This document shows positions 51,901 to 64,000 of a stretch of DNA of 64,000 nucleotides, one piece after another. The first letter of the stretch is position 1, and the number at the start of each line of letters is the position of its first letter. Location: assembly GCF_030028105.1 (NCBI RefSeq), contig NC_092389.1, positions 13,937,180 to 14,001,179 on the forward strand, read 5' to 3'. The notes below the pieces were generated by a model. That model searched no databases, was not told the origin of the DNA, and worked only from the letters and a program-made list of their open reading frames with translations. Source of the stretch: Mobula birostris. Lineage: Eukaryota. Both the position numbers and the translations under genes were made by a program.

Positions 51901-52158
51901 GAATTTCTTACAATATTTACAAAAATGTAAGTATACGAAGAGACGATTTCTATTATGAAAATAAAACATGCAAAAGTGATGGATCAAAAGGTAATTCAAA
52001 CTTTTATTGTACATACTTCAGAAATTCAGACTCAAAAATATAATCAATGATATTGATATATTCCTCTTTGCAAAAAATAAAGAGAGTGGGGAGAGTTACA
52101 TTTAAGCATTCCTTTATCTGTGCACCAAGAGGACAACAAAGTAAATTCTACTTATCAG

Positions 52159-54419
52159 TTAGTTCTGCAGATGCTGCCAGAAGTTGCCCCATAAAGTGGT
52201 GAGCTGGGTCTGAAGATCCTGCTGAACATTGCCTCCATTCAGGACAAGTCTCTCCTGCATCTCCTTCACATTCTGACTGATGATTTGTTTCAGCTGCTCA
52301 GTGTAGGGCGCCAGGTTCTGATGGAACTCCTCGATTCCCTGGTTAACATTGGTGTTGAAATTTTCAATGAATGGGCCCAGATTCTGGTCCATGTTCTCGT
52401 TAAGTTTAGCCTTCAGTTCGACGATGTAAGGGTTCAGCCTTTGGTTCAGAACATCCACATGCTCACTGACTTTTGCCTGGAGCTTCTCGGCATATGGTTC
52501 AACTATCTGGGACATTTCTCCAATTTGTTGGTTCATCTTGATCTGGACATCCTTGGCATAGGGGGCCAAGCTATTGCGAAGCTCCTGGACATTCTCATTA
52601 AACCTGGAGCGGAATTCAGCAGCTTTGGCAGCCACATCCTGCCTGAAGGTGTCCATGTTTTCATCAATCTTCATCTGGAGCTCCTCAGCGTAGGGAGTCA
52701 GGGCTTCCCTCAGGTTCTCTGTGCTCACTTCCAATCTGGCCTGTAGCTCTTCAGTAAAGGGAGTCAACTTCTGCCGAAGTTCCTCTGCATTCTTACGCAG
52801 CTGTTGGCCCAGGTCTTCAGCAAAAGGGGTCAACTTCTGATGAAATTCTTCAATGTTCCTGCTGATCTTCCGATGAACTCCATCAGCAAAGGGAGCAAGT
52901 TTCTCCCTCAGGTCTTCCAGCTGTTCTCTTATCTGCTGGCGAAGGCTCTCAATGTCGACTGTCATCTTCTCATGAAGACCATCGGTGTAAGGAGCCAACT
53001 TCTGTCGGAGATCCTCAGCATAGTCATTGACAGTCTGCAGATTATCCTGAATAAGGCGACTGGAAAAGAAGAGACAGTTGTTTCTTATTCTCGTTACAGG
53101 AAAGAGATACATTTAGACAGAGCTACGTACAAGGCTGGTTCTGAAACAAATGTACACTGGAAAGGAGAGCTTCTAAAGGACATTTTGGATCACAAAATCT
53201 TCTAAGGATAACTGTAGATGTTCATTGCAGAGGGAGGATGTGAGTCACACAATAGTTTTCATTCAATCTATTATTACCTATCTGTTAAGTTTTGCTGGGT
53301 ATCTGTTCCACAAGCCCTGATGAGTTTACCCCTTTTATCATTTATTCTCATTCTTGTTTGTTTTTAAACTTGCTGAGGAACCTTCACTTTAATATTACAG
53401 CACAGTGGTTATGTTCCTGGTAAAACCAATCTACAAAACCATGACGATTAATCTGAAATAATGAATTCAGCTCCTCGTGAAAGACACTTACATTAGAGTA
53501 GATAAATAATACATCTGGAATTCAAGATATCACTCTTGTTATAGCAGATTGACTGTGTTATTATAGAAGTCCATAATGTCCTTAAGGGAAGGAAATCTGT
53601 GTCCATAGTTGAGACTTCACTGGCATCTTAAACTGGTCAATTAACAAATAGAGCTGGACAATAATGTTGGTGGGGATCAGATTCTATAAAATAATTGTAA
53701 AGAACCTCTCGGACTGTTGCAGTGCTCCAGTCCTAAGGCATGTCTGGCCAGCTCCTTGCTCAATAGACGTTGCTGATCTATTCTTAGTACCCATTAAAAC
53801 CCCAAATGCTCACTTGAGTTGCTGTCCGATTTCTGTGCTCTGGATCAGCTCGACACTATCCTGGGCTTCCTCAGTCATTTGGCTGATGTAATTCCAGAAG
53901 GCATCTCGAACCTGATCTCCATTGCTCTCAGCCCGACAGCCTATGGGAAGGAAAATTTGAGGTGATCAGGGTAGGAACACAGCAGGAACATTCCACAACA
54001 TCTACTGTTCATTCAACCAAATGATGCGTAACAAGACTTCACTCTGTATCTTGCTGATCACTCCTCTTTGGGGGTATACTGTAGCTGAATGAGTCATTGA
54101 GTAAAATCCCAGGTCTTTGATTATTTGTAACGGGGACTTACAACAAACCCAGTAAGGGGAGGAACAAGTTGCACCCAGGAGCCGATGTGTGGAGGAATGG
54201 ACAATGCAAGGGGCTCCAGAATTCAGATCAGAGCTAAAATCAGGTGCACATCAGTGAAGTGAAGCTAGTGCGTCCAAGGTCAATCAAGAACCAGCTTTGA
54301 AGACTGGAAATGGCAATAAAACCCAGTCATCGTCTCAGAATAAGAGAACAGGAATATTTGAATCTCATACCTGTGAGAAAGGCAGCAGCCAGAAGCAGGA
54401 GGATTGCTTTGGGAAACAT
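52159..54419 (-). CDS. APOA4: Apolipoprotein A-IV copy A, 358 aa: complement(join(52159..53059,53814..53940,54371..54419))
   Basis: MFPKAILLLLAAAFLTGCRA|ESNGDQVRDAFWNYISQMTEEAQDSVELIQSTEIGQQLNRLIQDNLQTVNDYAEDLRQKLAPY closely parallels human apoA-IV. It has Pro-punctuated 22-aa repeats, canonical splice sites and phases, and AATAAA at 52003-52008. Confidence 0.92.
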
Positions 54420-54772
54420 GGTGGTGTTCTCAAATGATATTGAGTATGACAGATTATTTCTATGTCCCTTTGCAGTCAATCTATGGAAAAAAAAATAACG
54501 ATCAAAGTTATTCCAGAGTTTAAACCCAGATGGAAAATCTACCCGAGTATTATTGCCCCCTTCTGAACTCTATTTGTTATACATGAAGTCAGCATCCAGC
54601 CCTTTGAACCTGTTCAGTTATTGAGATCAAAGCTGATCATTGAGCTCACCACCATTTTCTGCATTGTCCCAATATACCTAGGTGCCCATGGCAACCAGAA
54701 ATATATCCATTTCTGCTTTGAATGAGCTCAGTGACTGAGCCCTCCAGACTTCCAAAGATCTACTGACCTCTA

Positions 54773-55886
54773 AACATCGAACATAGAACAGTACAGCACA
54801 GTACAGGCCCTTCGGCCCACAATATTGTGCCGACCCTCAAACCCTGCCTCCATATAACCACCCACCTTAAACTCCTCCATATACCTGTCTAGTAGTCTCT
54901 TAAATTTCACTAGTGTATCTGCCTCCGCCACTGACTCAGGCAGTGCATTCCACGCACCAACCACTCTCTGAGTAAAAAACCTTCCTCTAATATCCCCCTT
55001 GAACTTCCCACCCCTTACCTTAAAGCCATGTCCTCTTTTATTGAGCAGTGGTGCCCTGGGGAAGAGGCGCTGGCTATCCACTCTATCTATTCCTCTTATT
55101 ATCTTGTACACCTCTATCATGTCTCCTCTCATCCTCCTTCTCTCCAAAGAGTAAAGCCCTAGCTCCCTTAATCTCTGATCATAATGCAGACTCTCTAAAC
55201 CAGGCAGCATCCTGGTAAATCTCCTCTGTACCCTTTCCAATGCTTCCATATCCTTCCTATAGTGAGGCAACCAGAACTGGACACAGTACTCCAAGTGTGG
55301 CCTAACCAGAGTTTTATAGAGCTGCATCATTACCCCGCGACTCTTAAACTCTATCCCTCGATTTATGAAAGCTAACACCCCATAAGCTTTCGTAAATACC
55401 CCATCTACCTGTGAGGCAACTTTAAGGGATCTATGGACGTGTACCCCAGATCCCTCTGCTCCTCCACACTACCAACTATCCTGCCATTTACTTTGTACTC
55501 TGCCTTGGAGTTTGTCCTTCCAAAGAGTACAACCTCACACTTCTCCGGGTTGAACTCCATCTGCCACTTCTCAGCCCACTTCTGCATCCTATCAATGTCT
55601 CTCTGCAACCTTCAACAATCCTCTACACTATCTACAACACCACCAACCTTTGTGTCGTCTGCAAACTTGCAAACCCACCCTTCCACCCCCACATCCAGGT
55701 CATTAATAAAAATCACGAAAAGTAGAGGTCTCAGAACCCTACAATCCGAATGTACTCTCTCCACCACGACCCTCTGCTTTCTGCAGGCAAGCCAATTCTG
55801 AATCCACCTGGCCAAACTTCCCACCACAGATGTAAGGCTCACTGGTCTATAATTACCCGGACTATTCCTACTACCTTTTTTGAACC
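54773..55886 (-). mobile_element. 5'-truncated, internally deleted CR1 inserted in intron 1 of APOA4 copy A only
   Basis: CR1 ORF2 C-terminus (KFADDTK, LEYCVQFW, FFTQRVV). Copy B has the empty site gacctcta|atttacaa at about 63550-63565. Confidence 0.9.
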
Positions 55887-56334
55887 ATTTACAACATTCT
55901 TTCTTTTTGAAGTCCTTAATGGCACACCCCTTACTCTGAAACTCTGACCCCACCCTGGGATCCTAAACTCTTCAGCCAGAGAAAGTATCCTCCACACATC
56001 TAGTCTGTGACGAATCAGTTATAAAACCATAAATCACAGGAGCAGAATTGAGCCTTTTGGCCCAGCGAATCTGCTCGTCCATTCAATCAAAACTGATTTA
56101 TTTTCTCTCTCAGCCCCATTCTCCCCATAATCTTTGATCCGATACTAATGAAGAACCTATCAAACTCCCAGTTAATTATACCCTGTAACATTACAGAAAC
56201 ATAGAAAGCTGTTCTTTAGTTTCTATGCATTGACCAATTGCCTGATCAGTGAAGCTGTCCATAGACAGTAGTTAAAAGGATAAGCAGGCAAGCTCGCTGC
56301 GGTGGAGGAAAGTGAGCATCAGGGCTCCTCTCAC

Positions 56335-56700
56335 CTGTTTCTGCTGTGTTCTTCCAGGAGATCTGTGTGGCAGCCCACAGACGCTCACTCTATATAAGGG
56401 CACCTTATCAGCAGCTGATAACAAAGTTGATACATTTGTGTTCTCGTGGACTTTCCCTGAAAACCAGGAGAATGTGGAGCTTCCAACAAGAATGTTACTC
56501 TGAACTGCTGCCTTCACCATGACTCCAACTCAACCTGAGAGGGCAAATTCCATTCAAGATTAATTTTTCATTCCAAAGGCCATGGTTTACTACCTCTGTA
56601 ACATTAGATCACTCTATGGACTTGGGGTGAGGTATTTTTAATGACAGGGAGAGTCTGTCATCATTGGCAGCTGATTAGGTAACCTGAGGACTTTGATTCG
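56335..56700 (-). promoter_or_regulatory. APOA4 copy A promoter: non-coding exon 1 (about 56335-56365), TATA (56391-56397), paired GATA motifs (56403-56420), HNF4-like site (56687-56695)
   Basis: The minus strand reads ccttatatagag...aaacag|gtgaga. The + strand shows ttatcagcagctgataa and AGGACTTTG. Confidence 0.65.
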
Positions 56701-57499
56701 AGATCATCAGCAAAGGAAGCAGATGGGAGATGTAGGAATAATGAGTTGCTGGCGTCTGGAATGAATATTTGTGGAGTGGATGGAAAGAGTCTCCCCTTGC
56801 CTCCGCAGATAGATCGACAGGAAGCAAATTGTATGGCCGCTGGGAAAGTGTGATGATTGAAATTAATTCCTTAGACAGAAATGCTGGGCCTAACAAGGTC
56901 CTGTCTGAGATAAAGGAATCTATGATTTTGTATCGTTTTACCTGCTAAGGCCTTAAAAGTTCTCCATGTGAACATATTCACACAAGACAATCACTGTTGC
57001 TTAAGCCTGCGACCTCATGGTCACAGAGTCACACAGCACAGAAACAGGCCTTTGGCCAATGGAGTCCTTGACAAACAACAGTCTACATTAACACTATATT
57101 AACTGCATTTTTAAATTCTTCCCACGTTCCATTCAAATCTCCCCATATTCTAACCATCTATCGGCAATTTACAATGTCCAATAACCTACCAACCTGTCTG
57201 ACTTTGAGGTGTGTGAGGAAAAGGAGCATTTGAAGAAAACCCACTTTGCTTCATGTACAACGTGCAAACTGCACACAGAGCCCTGAGTCCACTGCGAATC
57301 CAATGGGGAAAACAAAGCCCAGTGTCTGTGAATCTACAAGTTCACTGGACGCTGGAGGCCCAGAGGCCTGTCCTGGGGTTGGGCAACGGTTTGTTTGTGT
57401 GTGTGGGAGGGAGGAACAGGGATTGTTTTGCTGTAGTTGTTTAGTTGCTTGTGTGTTTTGTCTTGCTCTGCCGAGCGTTGTGGGCATGTTAGGTTGGTG

Positions 57500-58556
57500 A
57501 CTGCAGTCTGTGCGGATTGGTAAAAACATATCCTCCTCGCTGACGATCAACACTGGCGCACCTCGGGTGTGTGCTTAGCCCACTGCTCTATCTTTGTATA
57601 CACATGACTGTGTGGCTAGGTATTAGCTCAAATACCATCTATAAATTTGCTGACGGTACAACCATTGTTGGTGGAATCTCAGGTGGCGACGAGAAGGCGT
57701 ACAGGAGTGAGATATGCCAACCAGTGGAGTGGTGTCACAGCAACAGCCTGGCACTCAACGTCAGTAAGACGAAAGAGCTGATTGTGGACTTCAGGAAGGG
57801 TAAGACGAAGGGACACATACCAATCCTCATTGAGGGATCAGAAGTGGAGAGAGTGAGCAGCTTCAAGTTCCTGGGTGTCATGATCTCTGAGAATCTAGCC
57901 TGATCCTTACATATTGATGTCATCATAAAGAAGGCAAGACAGTGGCTATACTTCATTAGGAGTTTGAAGAGATTTGGCATGTCAACAAATGCACTCAAAA
58001 ACTTCTATCGTTGTACCATGGACACCATTCTGACAGGCTGCATCACTGTCTGGTATGGAGGGGCTACCGCACAGGACCGATAGAAGCTGCAGAGGGTTGT
58101 AGATCTAGTCAGCTCCATCATTGGTACTAGCCTACAAAGTACCCAGGACATCTTCAGGGAGCGGTGTCTCAGAAAGGCAGCGTCCATTATTAAAGACCTC
58201 CTGCACCCAGGGCATGCCCTTTTCTGACCGATACCATCAGGTAGGAGGTACAGAAGCCTGAAGGCACACACTCAGGATTCAGGAACAGCTTCTTCCCCTC
58301 TGCCATCCTATTCTCAACTGAACTTTGAAGCTTTGGACACTACCTCACTTTTTTAATATACAGTATTTCTCTTTTTGCACATTTTTTAATAATCTATTCA
58401 ATATACATAATTGTTTTACTTGTTTATTTATTATCATGTTTTTATTTAATTTATTTTTTCCTCTCTCCCTGTGGATTATGCATTGCATTGAACTGCTGCT
58501 GCTAAGTTAACAAATTTCATGTCACATGCCAGTGATAATAAACCTGATTCTGATTC
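57500..58556 (+). mobile_element. Rex1/Babar-like LINE RT 3' portion
   Basis: GCVLSPLLY, YKFADGTTIVG, KTKELIVDFR, FKFLGV; aataaacctgattctgattc tail. Confidence 0.85.
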
Positions 58557-59039
58557 CGGTGTTGGAATGCATGGCACCATTTGCGGGCTGCTGTAGATTG
58601 TGTTGGCTGTTAATGCAAACATTTGTTTTGAAGTACAAGTGATACATAGATGGATCTGAATCTCACGGTGTCTAAGTTCAGGGTTGAACCCAGTTGGTGA
58701 CACTGAGATGGATAGAAAAGGGGTTTGTTTTGTTGCTATTGTCTCTTCTAATTTGCTGTCGTTGCTCCTTGTGTTATTTATTGGAACATATTGGGCCAGT
58801 GATGTTGGTGATGGAATGCGTGGAAACAATTGCAGGCTGCCTCAGCACACCCTTGGGTTGTGTTGGGTGTTAACGCAAATAATGGAGGATGACCATGTGA
58901 TAAATAAATCTGCATCTGTCTCTCTCGAAATGCCTTCTTTTCTGCTACACTGGATTATATGCATCCAGAAACTCTGTTTGCACTTGCTCCAATTCCATTC
59001 ACTCTCACTCTCTGACCTTTTAATTGCACCTAGAGACTT

Positions 59040-59180
59040 GATTGTTTTGTATTTAATATTTCAATTATACTTGAGTAATCTTGTGTGTGTGTGTATATAT
59101 ACATACAAAAATATATATATAGTTTGATTTAAGTATTTTGTTCGTTTAAATAATTGTGTTGTTATATATGTGTGTATGTA

Positions 59181-59226
<46 letters not shown>

Positions 59227-60250
59227 TATAAAATGATATATACAGTTTGATGAAGTAATCCTGTTCGTTTAAATAATTAATTACGGTTTCATGTAAAAAT
59301 GCATTAATTGTAACTGTCATCACGCTATCACGTGATACAAGAGCGCCTCGCTTAAAGGCAAAGCGAGACCTATATTTCGGACTCTGTATCTTCCTTTGAA
59401 TTACTTCAAGTTTTGAAGTTAGAAAACATAACGGTGCTGATTAGGTATTTTAAAACGAACCCGAGACCTCTACCAACCTGTTAAGCGTAGCGGGCCGTTC
59501 AAAATAAAGTAAACACAGCAGGTGCACCGTCGAGTGAAAACCCACCCCAACGTGAGGAGAGACGGCCGAATTTAAAGCGAATGCAGCCAGCACGTGCTTT
59601 TCGGAAGGGAACACACGATCGAGGTTTTTTTAAAATGGAGTAAACGGAAGAACTTGGGGATCATAAACTGTGAGTAGCGAGTGATACTACGCATTAAAAA
59701 ATCAGAAATGGCTGGTTGCTTCGGAAAGATTGACGAGTTTGATTGCTCAAATGGCTCATGTACTGAACTATTGGGACAGTATTTTGATGCAAATGAAATA
59801 GCCAATGAGAAGCGAGTGCCAGTTTTGCTAAATGTATTGAGTTTAAAGGCATACAGTTTTCTTCGACGTTTGACTGCTCCGACCAAACTATCAAGTCTGA
59901 GTTTTGCCGCTATTGTAAAAGTGATGCAGGAACACTGAGAACCCAGGCCATTGTTTATTGCAGAACACTTTAGGTTTCATAAGCAGAATCAAAAAGAAGG
60001 GGAGCCCATTTTGGCATGGGTGGCTGAATTGAAGAGACTGCCTTCCATAATGGGCTTAATGATGCACTGAGAGATTGCTTAGTTTGTGAAATCTAAAAGA
60101 AAGTATTCATCAGCAGCTCCTAACTGAGGCGCAGCTTACGTTCCAATGAGCAGTGGAAATCACTGTTTCATTGGAAACCGCAGAAAAACAATTGAGTTGC
60201 AATCAGGAATGAAAGTGAGCATGAAGAATACTGAGATGCTGCAGTTGAAA
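59040..60250 (+). mobile_element. Gypsy LTR retrotransposon remnant: 5' LTR with (TG)n/(TA)n microsatellite and gag fragment (59708 onward)
   Basis: MAG.FGKIDEFD...QYFDANEI...LL..L..KAY..LR.L.AP.K...EH.EPRPLFIAE.FRFHK.NQ.EGE.I..WVAELKRL is a typical Gypsy gag. Confidence 0.8.
59165..59230. repeat. (TG)n/(TA)n microsatellite
   Basis: Directly visible dinucleotide runs. Confidence 0.9.
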
Positions 60251-60944
60251 ACAGCCTGGCTGACCAAATTATGTTATTGTGGCAGTGGAATAGTTGAGAA
60301 GGAAAATAAATCAGCCATGATTGAATGCTGAAGCAGATTTGATGTGTCAAATGGCCTAATTCTGTTCCTATGTCTTACGGATCTTGCACTCCAGACATTG
60401 AAGTTAGCAGGTTCAGTGGCCTGCTGAAATGACCTGTTCAATAATACATACAGGATTGAAGTTATGTTAGAATCTTTGAAACACTGATTGAATTACTGAT
60501 GTTAAGTATGGTCGAAAGACTTTATGAAGGCTGTCCAAGCTGCAGAAGGAGCAGATTTCCATCAAAGATATGGCAGAATAGGGCAGGTGTGATTTCAATA
60601 AGTATCTCCAAAAATTGCGTTGCACCAATGCTTGTCAGAGATATTTGGAGTAATTGGGGAAACGTGTGGGAAAATGGGATGTAGTGGGTTGGATGAATTG
60701 CTTTGTTTTGTGCAGTATGATTTACATAGTTCTAGTGATAACTATTTTTGACCATGTAAAACTTCTCAGATATTAAAGTTTTATTGCAGGTATTTTATAG
60801 TTCACACTCCAAAATTTCAGTATTTGATTTTAATACTTTTCAGTCGAAAAACAATAAATAATTTTGACATATTACCATTTGAGACAGCAAGAGGACCCCT
60901 GAGTCTTGACACACAGTTTGATAGAGCCACATTCTACATCTCAA

Positions 60945-63205
60945 TTAGTTCTGCAGATGCTGCCAGAAGTTGCCCCATAAAGTGGTGAGCTGGGTCTGAA
61001 GATCCTGCTGAACATTGCCTCCATTCAGGACAAGTCTCTCCTGCATCTCCTTCACATTCTGACTGATGATTTGTTTCAGCTGCTCAGTGTAGGGAGCCAG
61101 GTTCTGATGGAACTCCTCGATTCCCTGGTTAACGTTGGTGTTGAAATTTTCAATGAATGGGCCCAGGTTCTGGTCCATGTTCTCGTTAAGTTTAGCCTTC
61201 AGTTCGACGATGTAAGGGTTCAGCCTTTGGTTCAGAACATCCACATGCTCATTGACTTTTGCCTGGAGCTTCTCGGCATATGGTTCAACTATCTGGGACA
61301 TTTCTCCAATTTGTTGGTTCATCTTGATCTGGAGATCCTTGGCATAGGGGGCCAAGCTATTGCGAAGCTCCTGGACATTCTCATTAAACCTGGAGCGGAA
61401 TTCAGCAGCTTTGGCAGCCACATCCTGCCTGAGGGTGTCCATGTTTTCATCAATCTTCATCTGGAGCTCCTCAGCATAGGGAGTCAGGACTTCCCTCAGG
61501 TTCTCTGTGCTCACTTCCAATCTGGCCTGTAGCTCTTCAGTAAAGGGAGTCAACTTCTGCCGAAGTTCCTCTGCATTCTTATGCAGCTGTTGGCCCAGGT
61601 CTTCAGCAAAAGGGGTCAACTTCTGATGAAATTCTTCAATATTCCTGCTGATCTTCCGATGAACTCCATCAGCAAAGGGAGCAAGTTTCTCCCTCAGGTC
61701 TTCCAGCTGTTCTCTTATCTGCTGGCGAAGGCTCTCAATGTCGACTGTCATCTTCTCATGAAGACCATCGGTGTAAGGAGCCAACTTCTGTCGGAGATCC
61801 TCAGCATAGTCATTGACAGTCTGCAGATTATCCTGAATAAGGCGACTGGAAAAGAAGAGACAGTTGTTTCTTATTCTCGTTACAGGAAAGAGATACATTT
61901 AGACAGAGCTACGTACAAGGCTGGCTCTGAAACAAATGTACACTGGAAAGGAGAGCTTCTAAAGGACATTTTGGATCACAAAATCTTCTAAGGATAACTG
62001 TAGATGTTCATTGCAGAGGGAGGATGTGAGTCACACAATAGTTTTCATTCAATCTATTATTACCTATCTGTTAAGTTTTGCTGGGTATCTGTTCCACAAG
62101 CCCTGATGAGTTTACCCCTTTTATCATTTATTCTCATTCTTGTTTGTTTTTAAACTTGCTGAGGAACCTTCACTTTAATATTACAGCACAGTGGTTATGT
62201 TCCTGGTAAAACCAATCTACAAAACCATGACGATTATTCTGAAATAATGAATTCAGCTCCTCGTGAAAAACACTTACATTAGAGTAGATAAATAATACAT
62301 CTGGAATTCAAGATATCACTCTTGTTATAGCAAATTGACTGTGTTATTATAGAAGTCCATAATGTCCTTAAGGGAAGGAAATCTGTGTCCATAGTTGAGA
62401 CTTCACTGGCATCTTAAACTGGTCAATTAACAAATAGAGCTGGACAATAATGTTGGTGGGGATCAGATTCTATAAAATAATTGTAAAGAACCTCTCGGAC
62501 TGTTGCAGTGCTCCAGTCCTAAGGCATGCCTGGCCAGCTCCTTGCTCAATAGACGTTGCTGATCTATTCTTAGTACCCATTAAAACCCCAAATGCTCACT
62601 TGAGTTGCTGTCCGATTTCTGAGCTCTGGATCAGCTCGACACTATCCTGGGCTTCCTCAGTCATTTGGCTGATGTAATTCCAGAAGGCATCTCGAACCTG
62701 ATCTCCATTGCTCTCAGCCCGACAGCCTATGGGAAGGAAAATTTGAGGTGATCAGGGTAGGAACACAGCAGGAACATTCCACAACATCTACTGTTCATTC
62801 AACCAAATGATGCGTAACAAGACTTCACTCTGTATCTTGCTGATCACTCCTCTTTGGGGGTATACTGTAGCTGAATGAGTCATTGAGTAAAATCCCAGGT
62901 CTTTGATTATTTGTAACGGGGACTTACAACAAACCCAGTAAGGGGAGGAACAAGTTGCACCCAGGAGCCGATGTGTGGAGGAATGGACAATGCAAGGGGC
63001 TCCAGAATTCAGATCAGAGCTAAAATCAGGTGCACATCAGTGAAGTGAAGCTAGTGCGTCCAAGGTCAATCAAGAACCAGCTTTGAAGACTGGAAATGGC
63101 AATAAAACCCAGTCATCGTCCCAGAATAAGAGAACAGGAATATTTGAATCTCATACCTGTGAGAAAGGCAGCAGCCAGAAGCAGGAGGATTGCTTTGGGA
63201 AACAT
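60945..63205 (-). CDS. APOA4: Apolipoprotein A-IV copy B, 358 aa: complement(join(60945..61845,62600..62726,63157..63205)); exon 1 lies beyond the window end
   Basis: Same structure as copy A at a constant offset of 8786 nt, with six amino-acid differences. AATAAA at 60780-60785. Confidence 0.92.
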
Positions 63206-64000
63206 GGTGGTGTTCTCAAATGATATTGAGTATGGCAGATTATTTCTGTATCCCTTTGCAGTCAATCTGTGAAAAGAAATAACGATCAGAGTTATTCCAG
63301 GGTTTAAACCCACATGGAAAATCTACCCGAGTATTACTGCCCCCTTCTGAACTCTATTTGTTATACATGGAGTCAGCATCCAGCCCTTTGAACCTGTTCA
63401 GTTATTGAGATCAAAGCTGATCTTTGAGCTCACCACCATTTTCCTGCACTGTATCAATATCACTAGGTGCCCAAGGCAACCAGAAATATATCCATATCTG
63501 CTTTGAATGAGCTCAGGGGCTGAGCCCTCCAGATTTCCAAAAACTGACTGACCTCTAATTTACAATATTCCTTCTTTTTGAAATCCTCAATGGCACACCC
63601 CTTACTCTGAAAATCTGACCCCACCCCAGGATCCTAAACTCTTCAGCTAGAGAAAGTATCCTCCATAAATCTAGCCTGTGACATGTCAATTATAAAACCA
63701 TAAATCACAGGAGCAGAATTGAGCCTTTTGGCCCATCGAATTTGCTCGTCCATTCAGTCAAAACTGATTTATTTTCTCTCTCAGCCCCATTCTCTTACAT
63801 TCTCCCCATAAACTTTGATGCCCTTACTAATGAAGAACCTATCAAATGCCCAGTGAATTATACCCTGTAACATTACAGAAACATAGAAAGCTGTTCTTCA
63901 GTTTCTATGCCTTGACCAATTGCCTGATCAGTGAAGCTGTCCATAGAGAGTAGTTAAAAGGATAAGCAGGCAAGCTCGCTGGGGTGGAGGAAAGTGAGCG

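Noticed and set aside
53060-53112. MYLFPVTRIRNNCLFFSS start of the 317-aa ORFs (also 61846-61898)
   Set aside because: Intron 3 polypyrimidine tract in frame with exon 4.
52285-53205. Plus-strand ORFs of 153 and 133 aa (and their twins at 61071-61991)
   Set aside because: Antisense shadows of the repetitive APOA4 exon 4.
60945-64000. APOA4 copy B as a haplotype or assembly artefact
   Set aside because: Distinct 3' UTR, diverged intron 1 and the copy-specific CR1 argue for a true paralogue, though long reads should confirm.

Overview
Vertebrate genomic DNA, most likely from a cartilaginous fish such as a ray (inferred from the repeat content). It is dense in CR1, Rex1/Babar-like, L1, Penelope-like, Gypsy, Tc1 and SINE remnants. 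The window holds an apolipoprotein gene cluster, reconstructed by hand from splice signals, plus one unrelated gene. (1) The 3' three exons of an unidentified + strand gene (769-2238). (2) A 96-aa small exchangeable apolipoprotein gene on the - strand (8775-10104, TATA/exon 1 near 15.2 kb) resembling apoC-III/apoC-I, which is entirely absent from the ORF track. (3) A short, strongly diverged 225-aa apoA-IV-like gene on the + strand (40197-44278). (4) Two near-identical 358-aa APOA4 genes on the - strand (52159-54419 and 60945-63205), whose identity ends exactly at the stop codon, consistent with gene conversion. Penelope-derived repeats scatter about a dozen copies of a minimal hammerhead-ribozyme motif through the window, several inside introns.
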